This document shows positions 27,513 to 40,774 of a stretch of DNA of 64,000 nucleotides, piece by piece. Each line of letters opens with the position of its first letter. Positions within the stretch are counted from its first letter, which is position 1. The stretch is from the NCBI RefSeq assembly GCF_009914755.1, contig NC_060936.1; one strand, written 5' to 3'. Position numbers and translations under genes: made by a program. This DNA comes from the human T2T-CHM13v2.0 reference genome, Homo sapiens. The notes beneath the pieces are model-generated. The model had not been told where the DNA came from and did no database searches. It saw nothing but the letters and a program-made list of their open reading frames with translations.

Positions 27513-28395
27513 TAATGCAGGGAAGTGGGGAGAGTAAGTATTGAGGGGAATGACTGAACTCAGGAGGAGCATCACTAGAAGGAAAGTTGGAATAAACACC
27601 TGAAGGAAGTAAAGGAGCTAACAATATGAGTATCCGAGAGAAGAGCATGCCAGGAAGATGCTGAGGTCAGACTATGGAAGACCAAGGAAGCCAGGGTGGC
27701 TGTCATAGAGTGAATAAGGCAGAGGGTAGTAAGAAATGAAATAAGAGAGGTACAAGAGCTGCATTATGGAGGACCTTATGATCCATAACAATTATTAATA
27801 CTTTGGCTTTTACTTTGAATGCGATTTACATTGGTGGGCTTTGAGCAGAGGAGACACATGACATGACTTAAGTTATAGAAAGGTGACTCTGGTTACTGTT
27901 TTAAGAAAGGACCTGGGGAGGACAAAGGTGGAAACAAGAGATCTGTTTGGAGGTATTGCAATAGTTTAGGTAGCATATGATGGGCCAGAGTGGTGGCAGT
28001 GGAGGTGGGAAGATAAATCCAAGCATATTCTAGATAAAATAGAATATACTAAATTCTATATAGAAATCTAGGTATACTTTGGTTAAATTCTAGATATATT
28101 TTGAAGGAAAAGCCAATAGGATTTGCTTGTTGACTTTATGTGGTATATAAGATAAATACAAGAGTTGAGGGTGGCATAAAAGTTTTTGCTGTGAGATCCT
28201 AAAAGAATGAAGTTGCCATTACTTCAGCTGAAGGAATAGATGTGGACATGTTAAATGTGAAGCATCTGTTAAGCTTCCAAACGGAAATCAAGGTGGCAGT
28301 TCTATATGTGTGTAGATGTCGGGGGTGATGGAATATCAATTTATGATTCATCATTCAATAAGTTGTTTTCAAAACTATGGGACTGCAATGTGCTT
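27265..28395 (-). mobile_element. L2 LINE 3' fragment
   Basis: Antisense L2 tail (catcactcattgactca...gagtatttgttatacagcaggcac) followed by purine-rich L2 body motifs (ggctttgagcagagg, ggatttgct, gaagttgccattact). Confidence 0.75.
27457..27512. repeat. (GATA)14 tetranucleotide STR
   Basis: 14 perfect units. Confidence 0.95.
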
Positions 28396-31084
28396 ACCTA
28401 GACTTCTGGGGCAAAAGCAAGAAGTGTCATATATCTACCGATAAAAGCAACATTTCTTAAGTATGTGCTGGCACTTACTGAAAAAATAATTTTAGGGTTA
28501 TTTATTGTTTAATCCAGTCTATAATCCGAGGAAAACAGATAGCTTTTGCAAAGATGATTGATTTTATCATCTGTGTGGGGCTAGGAAAGACACAAAGAAG
28601 ATGGTCTGTTGAGTCCTTGAAAGAACTAGATCAGGGCTTAGCTCTTGATTGACAAAGTCACATCTCATCCGTAAGTCGGAGAGTCAGCGTGGCTATTGCT
28701 CTGGTGTTGGTACAGCTTATTTTGGTGATGGTGGGTGGGGAAAGAGGTGAGAACATCAGTTCTGCCTCCCGTTTGCTGTATGACCTCAGGCAAGTCACTT
28801 CACCCTATTAGGCCTTGGATCCCCCATTTAAAAATGGCAAGAGCCATTCCTACCTTTGTTGTAACGATTGCTGACAGATTCTAACAAATTGCAATTATTG
28901 TTTTGTCCAAGTGAATGGCTTTAAAAATAAGTAAGATTTGTTAAATAAATTTAGATTAATTATATTGCAAGTCCCACAAATCCAAAGGCCACATCTATCT
29001 TGTTTAGCAGCACTTGGAAGGTACTTAGATTTTGCAAAATAAGTAAATTAGAGAATCTACATCGGGCATTCAGTCAGTTAGACCAGTTGTTCTATAGTCC
29101 AAGACTTATGTTCATACAACATCACGACAATAACTTCTCGGATTTAGCATTTATCCCTTATAAGGATCAAGTACCATCACTTCTTTCATTCCTTTTCACA
29201 CATCTCTTATGAGTGGGGCACAGGAAAATGTCTTACATTTTAGAGAAACTGAGTAATAGAGTGACTAACTGGCCTGATAAAAAAGTCATACTGAGAATTA
29301 AAATTCAGGTCTCTGTATTCACATAACCACTGAGGATTCAGATTACTCTAAATGCATTTTGTGGGCAGTATCTTTCATACATTCTATAGTTACAAAAGTC
29401 CTTTCTCTGTAAGGAAATACAAAATTTCTTGACATTTTTGGCTTTGGTGGTGGGGCAGGGGGAGTGGGGATTTAATTTTTAACAGAAATCCTTACAAAAT
29501 TTGGATTTACATTTCAACTGAGAATAGGAAATATTAATTCAGAATCAGAAAAGATCAAAGTCTTCTTTTAAATGTACTATACATATCAGCTTGGATGAAA
29601 GACTACTTAATACTCCTTTCTGAATGTGATACTTCTTTACTTATCCCAGGAGCCCTCATTTAAGAAATTTAAGCAGCTCCCTAAATATTTTCCTATACTA
29701 ATTATCCTGTGACCCTAAATCAGCAAGAAGAAAACAAATGAAAAGAATTCAATTATTCACAGATATAAGTGCCTAGAAATATATGTTAACCGTAATTCTG
29801 AGTTAGAGGCTAATTATGGTAGTCTAATTTTCTGCCTCTTTTTATCTGTATTCTGTTTCTTCAATAATAAACATATGCTGCTGCTTCTATAATTTGAAAA
29901 AATCAATGTTGAAAACCAAAAGAATATAATCATATTCACTGCCTGTCTTGATGTTGTATTTTGCTGGAGAAAATTACATAGCTAAGCTAAATATAATGCC
30001 CAGGTTATTATTCCCAATTATGTGAAGCTTATATAATGTGCATCTCTTTTAGTTTTTCATAGTCATTGTGCTTTCACACTCTCTTTGAAAGCTTTGCTAG
30101 CCACGCTGAGTTCCCGAAAGCAAAATAGCCATTTGTCATGATTATTCATCTTTAAAAGAAGCCTGAGTGCTGTGATTTCTTGGTTTTTCACCATTTTACA
30201 CCTAAAATCCTATCTAGTCTGACCTAGAGAGATTCCCACTTATATTCTTCCCAGTAGAAATTGTCTTTATGTGATCAAGATGTTTTGAAGGGAATCATCA
30301 TTTTTTGACCTAAAGGTATGCATTGCCCATTGTCTCCTTGTGTATTTGTTGAATGACTCCTGGGGAGTCATTCATCAAAACAGAGAGGAAAGAAGGAATA
30401 GAAAACTATAGGAAATGCAGCAAATTAAGGAGGAAATTCAGTTTTCCATTTAACTAGTTAGTGTGTTCAGCCAAAGGAATTTCATGTGGGTAAGAGTTAC
30501 CATATGATACATCTCCTAATATTTAATTAAACCAGTACCATACTTTTCCCTGTTTCTGTGGTTTCCCTTTTTAATGTGACCACAATAGGTTATGTAAGCT
30601 CATTTCTAACTCTATAAAATAGGTGTACACACACACACACACAAAAAAAAAAAGATAAAGCAATAATATGGTAAGTAATCTTAATTATATTTATAAAATG
30701 CAGTTTGGCAGATTAATCATGGCTTTCGAGTTATTAGACATGGATTCAAAATCCTATTTCTTCTTAATAGTCATGACATTCTAAGCAAGTTATGTAACCT
30801 CTTCGAGTTTCACTTAGCCCATCAATGAAATGAAAGCAAGAATATAATAGTTTATTAAATAATAGAAATAGATAAATAGATGTAATTGCTTAGTGTAATG
30901 CTTATATTCATGTGAAATATGGTACATGTTTAAAAGTGTGCACTGTTTGTCTTGGCTTTCTCCTAATATTTGCTCCACAATAGCCTTTATTAGATTAAGT
31001 GATAGCTTGTTACTAGCCTCTATTAAATTATGTAACAACTTTGGGAGAAGCACTTAATATTTAGAAGGCAATATTTTCTCCTAG

Positions 31085-31291
31085 ATGATCTTAGCTATCG
31101 CTGGCTTCTAAATGAATTTCCTGTATTTATCACAATGGATAAACGGCGATTTGTGTCTCAGACAAATGGCAATCTCTACATTGCAAATGTTGAGGCTTCC
31201 GACAAAGGCAATTATTCCTGCTTTGTTTCCAGTCCTTCTATTACAAAGAGCGTGTTCAGCAAATTCATCCCACTCATTCCAATACCTGAAC
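31085..31291 (+). CDS. CNTN1: Contactin-1 exon 7: Ig2 second half (DDLSYRW...DKGNYSC...PIPE)
   Basis: ttctcctag|ATGATC...GAAC|gtaagt; 207 nt; overlaps ORF 31135..31356. Confidence 0.97.
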
Positions 31292-32099
31292 GTAAGTATT
31301 TTATTTGTTACACTCTGTTTTCGCAAGGTTATCTACATATGGTATACTTACCGTAATGAAAAGAAATATCCAGTGAAGACTAGCTGACTTTTCAGGAAGG
31401 ACAATATAAAAGGGGATGCATGTTGAAGGGGCCAAAGGCTTGGTCCTAAGCTTTTTGCGTTGAGAAGATTTAGCTAATAAAATTGCTGTAAGAAGGTTGA
31501 GTTCGGATGAGTTGCCTCTAGCTCGGAAAATACACAGGGGACTGATACCTTAGTCCAGTTCTAGTGTATTGGTTACAGTGGAAATCACTGACATCTACTT
31601 TTTGTTTTGTGGCCATTCCTACTTCTTAGTAAGCTCATGAAGAAATCAAAGGATTGGTAGATCAAAACAAACAATAGTAATTGTAGAATTTTTTAAGTCA
31701 TTTTGATTATTTTGGTATTTTTAAGGAACTATTTACATGATACAAATAAGTAAATAAATGGTCTTTTCTAATCTACATAATCAGCATGAGGTGCTACCCT
31801 GGTAGCACCATGGCAGATGACACTGACAATCTGATTGGCCTTTCCCCAGGCTCCAATTGAACTACTTCCCTTTTAAAAAGCACTGCTGCTTAAGAGAATC
31901 AAATCACAGTATACTTGCTTACTTTACATTATTTCTATCCAAGTCCTTCTGCTACATTAATATCAGCAAATTCAAGCTCATGAGAGCATACCAGCTTCAG
32001 ATTAACAGATTTAGGTTTGGCTCCTGCCTTTACCCCTAAGCACAGTGTGATGATGGGAAAAATGCTATAATACCATTGAGGTTCCATTTTTATTTTTCT

Positions 32100-33431
32100 C
32101 TGCAAGGCAACACTCACATAATTGGTATTCAAAAAATATTGTTGACTTTCTGGCTCATTTTTCTTTTCTCAGTTTTAAGAGATAATCTCACCCCCTACTT
32201 CATAGACTGAAAAGGAGCCATCATGTAAAAATTCTCTTGATTTTCTTTCTACTCTTCCCCAGAAATATACTTGCAATTCAGCACTTCTATTTATTTTCTT
32301 ACTTTTTGTCTCCATAGCAGAAATATTTCTCCCCTCGCTCAAGCTAAGTTCTCCAGTTGTTCTGGTTCACATTCCATTTGTTTCAATTAGAAACTTCACT
32401 ACAACACTTATTTTCTTCTTTCCTGAATCCTCAGATTCTGCTCTACCTCATTATCTCTGCATATTCTCTTGTATTCAATGCAATTTTGAATTATTATGAA
32501 TTCCTATTTGCTAAATCCAAAGGACACTTTGAAGTCCTTATTCTGTTTGAACTTTGACACTGCCTCTTCTGCCTTTCATGAACTTTTCTTTCTTCACTTA
32601 ATTTCCTGAACTCTTCATCTCCCTTCTGCCTCTCTGACAAATTTCATAGAATATTCTTCACAAAATATTCTTCTTTCTTATATTTTTCTCTAATCTTTTC
32701 CTAGGTATTCTCACCCACTTACACATTTTCAACAGTATACCTTTGCAAGAGACTTCAAGTTCACATCTCCGAAACTTTTCTTGTGTTTAGATGTCAATTC
32801 TTCCTATATCCTGGACTTGTCCCCCAGAAAGCTCTCACAGATGTTAAGCTCAAAGTGTCACAAATACATGTGTTACTTCTCTCCAAAACCTTCCTTTTAT
32901 TTAGCTTATTTAGCAATACAATTTCATTTCTAATAACTCAAGGTAGCATTATTTATTATCAAATCCCAATTTCCACTGATCTTCAGGACAGCTAACCCAG
33001 TGGTTCTTAATTAGTAGGTAAGCACCTGGGGAGTTTTGGGAATAATGCAGGACCCAGAGATACTAATTCAGCAGGCCTGGAATATGACCCAGGAATCCAC
33101 AAGTTGAACCAGTATCCTAGGTGATTCTGATGATTGAGCCTTTAATCTACACCTTGAGAAACATTGATCCAAGGAGCCGTCCTGTTGATTCTGCCTCTAA
33201 AATACAATTTATATTTACTGTTTCCTTTCTGTTTTCACTGTAACTATGCCCTAGTGTTGGCCCTCACCTGTTTTGCCTGAAGTATTGAAACAGCCTTTTT
33301 GGACCTCTGAGACTGTCTTCTATATTTCTCCTCTCCATGCTCCATCCTTTAAAAATGCCAGCAAGGTCTTCCACTTAAACCAAAGATAAGATCCATATTA
33401 CTTCTCTTACCAAGTCCCAATGGTAGTTACC
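32100..33431 (+). mobile_element. Degenerate L2 fragments with a MER5-like insertion (about 32998-33167)
   Basis: Pyrimidine-rich L2-like motifs; cagtggttctt...gatactaattcagcaggcctgg...ttgagaaacattg. Confidence 0.6.
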
Positions 33432-33790
33432 TGATACGATTTGGCTGTGTCCTCACCCAAATCTCACCTTGAATTGTAATAATCTTCACTTGTCAAGGGT
33501 GGGGCCAGGTGGAGATAATTGAATCATGGGGGGCTGTCTCCCCCATACTGTTCTTGTGGTAGTGAATAAGTCTCATGAGATCTGATGGTTGTATAAAGGG
33601 GAGTTCCCCTGCACATGCTGTCTCTTGCCCACTGCCATGTAAGATTTCCCTTTGCTCTTCCTTAATCTTCCACCATGATTATGAGGCCTACCCAGTTATG
33701 CAGAACTGTGAGTCAATTAAACCTCTTTCCTTTATAAATTACCTAGTTTCAGATATGTCTCTATTAGCACCATGAGAACAGACTAATATA
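33432..33790 (+). mobile_element. THE1 (THE1B-like) solo LTR
   Basis: tgatacgatttggctgtgtcctcacccaaatctc...gagaacagactaatata; 5-bp TSD ttacc (33427-33431 / 33791-33795). Confidence 0.9.
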
Positions 33791-34749
33791 TTACCTATTG
33801 AGAAAATTCATCTCAAAATATTATTTTTTCAGTCCTTCTAGATTGTGGGTTCAAGCTCATATACTTCAGCATCATTTGAGTTCCTAGACCTTTTAAAATT
33901 CCTTGCACACTCCTGGAGCTTTGTCGTAATATGGTGTTTGCTCAAGCTAAACTGGTCCAATTTAAATGCCATATTTGCCTCAGAGTGCTATAGCCCTTAC
34001 CTACTTCTAACTACCGTCCTCATCAGTCACTCTTTCAAAGTACCCATTTTGATTTGGCTTATATATCATTATTTATTTATTTGTCTCTTTAGCATTTTAC
34101 AGTGTGTGGTACACACTCAATTTGTGATCCTAAACAATGCCTTTCACCTTTCTAAGCCTGATTTTTTCTGTAAGCCTGAAGGATTAATACATCTTTCAGG
34201 ACTGATGTGCTAAATAAATGAAATAAAGTGTCTAGTTTGAAGAGTGCTGTGTTGTCTGAGTAAATGTTTTCCTTCTTTCCCTCTCTCCTTCTCTCTTTTC
34301 AATTTGTTTCCCTTTGCCTTTATCTCTGTGGGCATTTCTTCTTTTCTCCTTAGTTTCTTGCCTTGCGTCTTTCTTTTCTACTCTCTTCTCCTTCTTCTCT
34401 TTCCTTCTCCCTCATTTTCTTTCTCCACCTTCCTGAGTTCCATGCAGCACTGATCACAATGTTTGACACATATCTGTTGCTCACTAAAGACAGGATTTTT
34501 TTTAGTAAATTGAGTCACAATGGTTATGCAGCTGTCAGAACGAGCCAATATTATTGAAAATACTGAGAAGTTATACTATATTCATACTGTGCATAAACAA
34601 ACAAGTCTATCCATTATGATATGACCTGTACCTGTACAGAGAAAAGCTTCCATGTTGGAGCAGCTCTAATCCTGTAGAATTACCATGTTTAAGAATAACT
34701 AATATTGTGCCTAATAATTAGTGGATATTTGTGTTTCTCTTAATATTAG

Positions 34750-34849
34750 GAACAACAAAACCATATCCTGCTGATATTGTAGTTCAGTTCAAGGATGTAT
34801 ATGCATTGATGGGCCAAAATGTGACCTTAGAATGTTTTGCACTTGGAAA
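34750..34849 (+). CDS. CNTN1: Contactin-1 exon 8: Ig3 first half (RTTKPYPADI...LECFALG)
   Basis: taatattag|GAACA...GGAAA|gtaagt; 100 nt. Confidence 0.96.
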
Positions 34850-34985
34850 GTAAGTATACTGACACTTTTATTAATATATATAGAAATAGTACCATTTTAG
34901 GAAATAAATAATTGTTTAGCTATAAACATAAAGTAATTGTCTTTTAAGTGTGTGAAACTTTAACCCTTGTATCTTCTATTTAAAG

Positions 34986-35167
34986 TCCTGTTCCGGATAT
35001 CCGATGGCGGAAGGTTCTAGAACCAATGCCAAGCACTGCTGAGATTAGCACCTCTGGGGCTGTTCTTAAGATCTTCAATATTCAGCTAGAAGATGAAGGC
35101 ATCTATGAATGTGAGGCTGAGAACATTAGAGGAAAGGATAAACATCAAGCAAGAATTTATGTTCAAG
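34986..35167 (+). CDS. CNTN1: Contactin-1 exon 9: Ig3 second half (NPVPDIRW...DEGIYEC...IYVQ)
   Basis: tatttaaag|TCCTG...CAAG|gtagat; 182 nt; follows a 136-nt intron. Confidence 0.96.
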
Positions 35168-35521
35168 GTAGATACATTATTTTAATTTTGTATAAATTTC
35201 ATCAGTATCTTATTTAGAGCCATTTCCATACATGAAAAACTACTATATAATGATTAATGGTTTTAAAAACAGTGATGCATGTTACATCATGGAGAAAGAT
35301 AAAATATTTCTCATATGTCTAATGAAGTCACAACTATGAGTTATAGAAGTTACGAACTTATTACCAGTTGAACCATAGGTAATAGCAATAGATTGATAGA
35401 AGTGTTATTGGTAATTTTCAGAATATACACTTAATGTAGTTTGTTTACTCATTTTATCACTGTCTTTTTTCAGTATCTTTTTATTTATAGAAGAAGCTAT
35501 GTGTTATGACTTAGTTTAAGT

Positions 35522-35706
35522 CAGTGGTTTGCAAACTTAAGCATGCATCAAAATCACATGGAGGGCTTGTTAAAACAGATTGCTGGGCCAAACTCTCAGA
35601 ATTTTTCATTCAGAGGTCTGTTAGGGGCTCATGAATTTGTATTTTTAACAAATTCCCAAAGGATGCTGATAATATTGGTCCTGGAGTCACACTTTGAGAA
35701 CCACTG
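35522..35706 (+). mobile_element. MER5A hAT-Charlie element, full length
   Basis: TIRs cagtggtt...aaccactg; 8-bp TSD gtttaagt / gtttaaga. Confidence 0.88.
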
Positions 35707-38069
35707 GTTTAAGAAATCTTTTTTTTTTTTTTTGACAAAATTATCATGGCACAAACCTTTGATTTTCACACATTAAAATAAACTTACATTTGGGAAGACA
35801 GATTTTTTTTCAGGCCACACTGGAAACTTTCCAGACTGAAATAATTTCTATAATGTTCCACAACATGAACTTTGCAGGTCACAAGTGAATAAACATCGAG
35901 GGCTTCCACAATATTATTCGTTTTTAACTCTGGCTACTGTCCCATTTCACTTTCTCCCGTCTCTCCCAAAAAGGAATAAAAAATTTGACAGATTCACGCA
36001 TTCTCTCTAAAAGTGTTGTCTCCATCTCCAGTTTTTCTTCTCTCTTAATTGCACTCCAACATGATTTGCATCTCTGCCTCTCCACAGAAACCTTTCTTTT
36101 CATGACCACAGACTTCCATATTGCTAAAGCTAATGATCAATTCTCAGTTGTACTTTTTTTTGATCTAACAGCAGTGGTTGCCACAGTTGGTCCCTCCCTT
36201 CTTCATGATTCACTTTCTGCACTTCATGTCTGCAACCTACTTTGTTATTAATTTCCTTGTATAATCTTTCATTCTCCATTGCCTTTCAACTCCATACTTT
36301 TCTAACATTGGTGTGATCAGGGTTCCATCTGTGAACCCCATCTCCATTTCAGTCACTCCATTTATGATCCCACTCGTGATCATGGCTTTAGACACACTCT
36401 GTACCCTGAATGCTCTAACCCAAACATTTACTCTGAACTTCAGACTCGTATGTCCAATGCCACAGTAACATTAATGCAATACATATCAAGTCTGCATGAA
36501 ATGGCCTCCTAAAAGGAAGAAAATACTAGGTAAGGTCCTTTAAACTTTTGAAATAAATCCACCACTTTCTACTAGGTTTCTAAAGCTTATAGACCTGTTT
36601 TTATTCAACATATTAAGAAAACTACACTCCAGGTTCTCAACAGAGTAAAATTTTGAACTGTCTAATATCTAAAGCCTTAGAAGAACCAAGGTGACAGAGC
36701 ACATATTTACAGAAGGTAATTTAAGAGAAATATTATTTATTCTTTACTAATGCAGCATACTAAGTATTATCTTTAGGTCTGATCACATCACTAGAAGGTT
36801 ACATAATTAAGCCATATATAGACTGTGTCAAGCCAATTCAATTATTCATTACATGATGTAATAGAAAATGTCTGTGTTGTCTTTGTGAGGCCAAGACAGG
36901 AAGGGTGCTGATATTCCTGTATTATGTATTGCTAAGATTGTATACAAAATAAAACCTTTCTCCCTTACAATGAACATATCCACCAATAGTTTAAAAAATA
37001 TCTCCCTATGTTACAAATATAATGATGAGTGAAAACATGTACTAAATAAGATTATATATGCTTTAAGATATATAGGTGTACATATGTCTACATGTATAAT
37101 GTATACATTATAATGTATAATGTTGATGGTATTTGGTGAGATAAAAATGTTTTCTAGTTTTTAAATTTCTAGTATTTTATTACTTGTTAAATGTTTTTTA
37201 TAAGATGCATATATTGCTTTTGCCATAAAATTAACACAAGTTCCCAGTTTCAAAGAAAATTAAATATTATTCTCCACTCAGGATTCTTTCTTCCTACTTC
37301 CTTTTTGTATTAATTTATTTATCTGCATTTATTTGGACTAGATAACTGAAATAATCAAAAAGACTGTCAAATTGTTTATTTGCTTGTTCTCTAAAAATAT
37401 TTTTTCTTTGGAAAATTTTTAGCATTTTCTCATTTTTATGGATGTCTCTTTAGCTATCAAGTAGATCAGACTAAAGAATGAGACTGAGATCAATTTTACC
37501 AATGCATGGATTTCACCAATCATGGCTACTGTATATAGTTTCTAATATGGAAAGAGTATATTTAGGTGTCCAAGTCATTTTTCTAGCGCCAAAGTGAGAT
37601 GTTACCGTGGCCACTAGCTGAAAGTTCCATCAAAATGAAGATAATGTATACCTGAGGGAGTGGGAAAAATATCTGAGTCTTTATCCAAAATGTTAAGAGA
37701 TGGTATCATATTGAATTGAGATGTAATTCTTTAAAACCTCAATTATCATTTTGACAGACTTGAAAGGTTTATGTTATGAGCAGAAAAAAATCAGTTATTT
37801 TAGTAATAATTATAACTCAGCTTTTCAACAAAACATGATTTACAAATGGAAAAATAATGGCTGAGTTATAGTTACCTCCTGCTGTAATAATACAGGATTT
37901 GCGTAGGTTAAGCCTATGCAAAGACAAGGCCTATTACTGAGTTCAGGATGCATACACTATCTGATGTATTCTGCAGAATTAGGTTAACTAAATGTAATAT
38001 TTATACTCTGGAGATTACGATGGATCTTGAGCCCTTCATTTAACATTTACAATGTTCCTTACTTTTTAG

Positions 38070-38194
38070 CATTCCCTGAGTGGGTAGAACACATCAATGA
38101 CACAGAGGTGGACATAGGCAGTGATCTCTACTGGCCTTGTGTGGCCACAGGAAAGCCCATCCCTACAATCCGATGGTTGAAAAATGGATATGCG
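38070..38194 (+). CDS. CNTN1: Contactin-1 exon 10: Ig4 first half (AFPEWVEH...WPC...WLKNGYA)
   Basis: ctttttag|CATTC...TGCG|gtatgt; 125 nt. Confidence 0.97.
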
Positions 38195-38858
38195 GTATGT
38201 ATGTTCAAGTGCTTTGCTGTTCCTGAGTCCCTGTTCAAGCAGTGTTTCAGGGTAGTCCTGGGATAAATTTAGCAGGAGAGACAATACAGAAAGGGCACTT
38301 GGGCCCTGAAATATAAAAGCTTCCTAAAAAAGACAAAAACTGAACATAAAGTATCTTCTTTCAGTTTAAACAACTTTCTGTAATCTTACTCTACCTTCTC
38401 TCTCTCTCTCTCCTTATTTTTTTCCTTTGTTCCACTTTTCCACCCTCTTCCTACTCATCCATCTCCAATACCTGATATTGTCCTCTTTTTCTTGCCACTA
38501 TTTTCCTGTACCCCACAGAGACAGAGGTAAGAGTGAAGCTCTAAGTCCTACCTTTGGCCCTGGGGACAAGTAGCAGCAGTGGGATTCTTCTCTACCTTCC
38601 CACTGTAATCTCCCAGCTGGTCCAAGAGGGGAAAAGGTGGACTCTCAGCTCTGTAGGATGAATAGAACAAGAGCCTTTGGGCATGGTAAGTGGGTTTTCC
38701 TTTCCCATGCCATGAAAATCCCACTCAGTTCATCTTAGGTAACAGTGGGGGCAGATGAACATAATGTATCTAAATGAAAAGACAACCAAACCCAGACCTA
38801 AGTGAAAGTATTTCTATTAAAGTTCATTGAGAATATGTTTCAATTTTATTCTTTTCAG

Positions 38859-38976
38859 TATCATAAAGGGGAATTAAGACTGTATGATGTGACTTTTGAA
38901 AATGCCGGAATGTATCAGTGCATAGCTGAAAACACATATGGAGCCATTTATGCAAATGCTGAGTTGAAGATCTTGG
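38859..38976 (+). CDS. CNTN1: Contactin-1 exon 11: Ig4 second half (YHKGELRL...NAGMYQC...LKIL)
   Basis: cttttcag|TATCAT...TTGG|gtcagt; 118 nt. Confidence 0.97.
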
Positions 38977-39744
38977 GTCAGTATCATTTCTAATTTCTGT
39001 TAAACATTGTTAAAGCAATATGTCATATCACACAAAATGTTTATTGAGCCTACACAAAATACCCAGTATTGTGTTAGGTGTACAACATATGTTGGTTGCT
39101 TACTGATTTATTTATTGCTAATTATCATAATTCAGACTAACGAAACAATGGAATAGAATGAATCTTTGCCACAACAAAAGTCTTCTTCAGAGCATCAGCA
39201 GCAGTGGCCATACCTAGGAGCACATTAGAAGTGCAGAATCCCAGGCTCACCCCAGACCTACTGAATGGACACTTTAAAAAGATACCCAGATGATTTTAAT
39301 ACAAAGATAATTTTGAGAATGACCAGACCAGAGGATGAAGAGTCAAAACCCAGATGAAGATATGCTTAGGCCTAGAAAAGCCTCCAGAAAGTACATAGTT
39401 ACGGATGATTGTAATGTGTTGAAATATATGGATGAAATCTGCTTGGAGTCTACCAAGGGAAGAGGAGAGTGAGCAGTGGATTAAATGTGTGGATGCTGAG
39501 GAAAGTCTGAGCATGACATCAATGAAGTAACCTTTTTTAAACCTCTGTATTCTGTTCTAATAATTATTGCTCTGTACTTGGAGGTAATGATGAACTACAA
39601 ATGATCATGTCTCCTTAATTAGTTGATTAGATCCATTATTCCCATAGCTGTTTATAGATAGGTCCTGAAAGCAGGACTCCAATTATTTTGGCATTTTGCA
39701 GGGTGTTTGCATACAGATGATGCTCAGTAATTGTATAAAGAAGG

Positions 39745-39955
39745 AGAGACTGCATTGTTTAATGAAAAGTACATGCTTTGGAAACAGAAGGACCTAGATT
39801 CAAATGTGACTCCCACTTATTACTACCTGTGGTACCTTTGCCAAATTAAATAATCCTAATAGATTTCAATTTTCTCATTTATAAACTGGGAATAGTTCAT
39901 TCAACATGTGGTTTAGAGGATTGACTAGGACCATATGTCAGTGTGTATAATGCTG
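39745..39955 (+). mobile_element. MIR SINE
   Basis: acctagattcaaat...tactacctgtggtacctttgccaaatt...tttctcatttataaactggg. Confidence 0.7.
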
Positions 39956-40069
39956 GTCAATTTTTTCCAGCCTTTCACTTTACTTTCCTTGTGGAATTGA
40001 GTCAAAGCAACAGAATTCAGAGTTAATTTTAAGGTAAATGTGTATAAAACATTTGATTGAAATTGAAGT

Positions 40070-40362
40070 TATTTATTTATTGAGACAGGGTCTCACGGTG
40101 TTGCCCAGCCTGGAGTGCAGTGAGGCGATCACGCTTCACTGCAGCCTTGACCTTCTAGGTTCAGGTGATCCTCCACCTCAGCCTCCTGGATAGCTGGGAC
40201 TACAGGCATGCACCAACATGCCCAGCTAATTTTTTTGTATTTTAGGTAGAGATGGAGTTTTGCCGTGTTACCCAGTCTGCTCTCAAACTCCTGGGTAAGC
40301 CATCTGCCCACCTCAGCCTCTGAAACTGCTGGGATTATAGGTGTGAGCCACCCATGCCTGGA
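40070..40362 (-). mobile_element. AluJ-like SINE
   Basis: gagacagggtctcac...cactgcagccttgacc (J diagnostic); (ATTT)n tail. Confidence 0.88.
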
Positions 40363-40623
40363 TTCTAATTAAAGTTTCTAATAATCAATTCAGTTATCAT
40401 CAAGAATTGTACATTTGAATTGGGTGAATTTTATAAGTCAAAGTTATTAAATAAAAGTTACAAAGCATTAGGTATAGAATGCCTATTGGTGACAGCTGAT
40501 CATATTTACCGAGATTAATCCTTTCCATTAACTATTAAGGAGAATAAAAGATTCTACAACACAGAAGCAATGTTTAGGCTTTACAAACAGAAAGAGAAAG
40601 ATAACAATTTGTTTTCTTTTTAG

Positions 40624-40774
40624 CGTTGGCTCCAACTTTTGAAATGAATCCTATGAAGAAAAAGATCCTGGCTGCTAAAGGTGGAAGGGTGATAATTGAA
40701 TGCAAACCTAAAGCTGCACCGAAACCAAAGTTTTCATGGAGTAAAGGGACAGAGTGGCTTGTCAATAGCAGCAG
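40624..40774 (+). CDS. CNTN1: Contactin-1 exon 12: Ig5 first half (ALAPTFEMNP...ECKPK...VNSS)
   Basis: ctttttag|CGTTG...GCAG|gtcagt; 151 nt. Confidence 0.97.

Noticed and set aside
31790-31809. 9-bp palindrome ggtgctacc-ct-ggtagcacc
   Set aside because: Short enough to be expected by chance in 64 kb.
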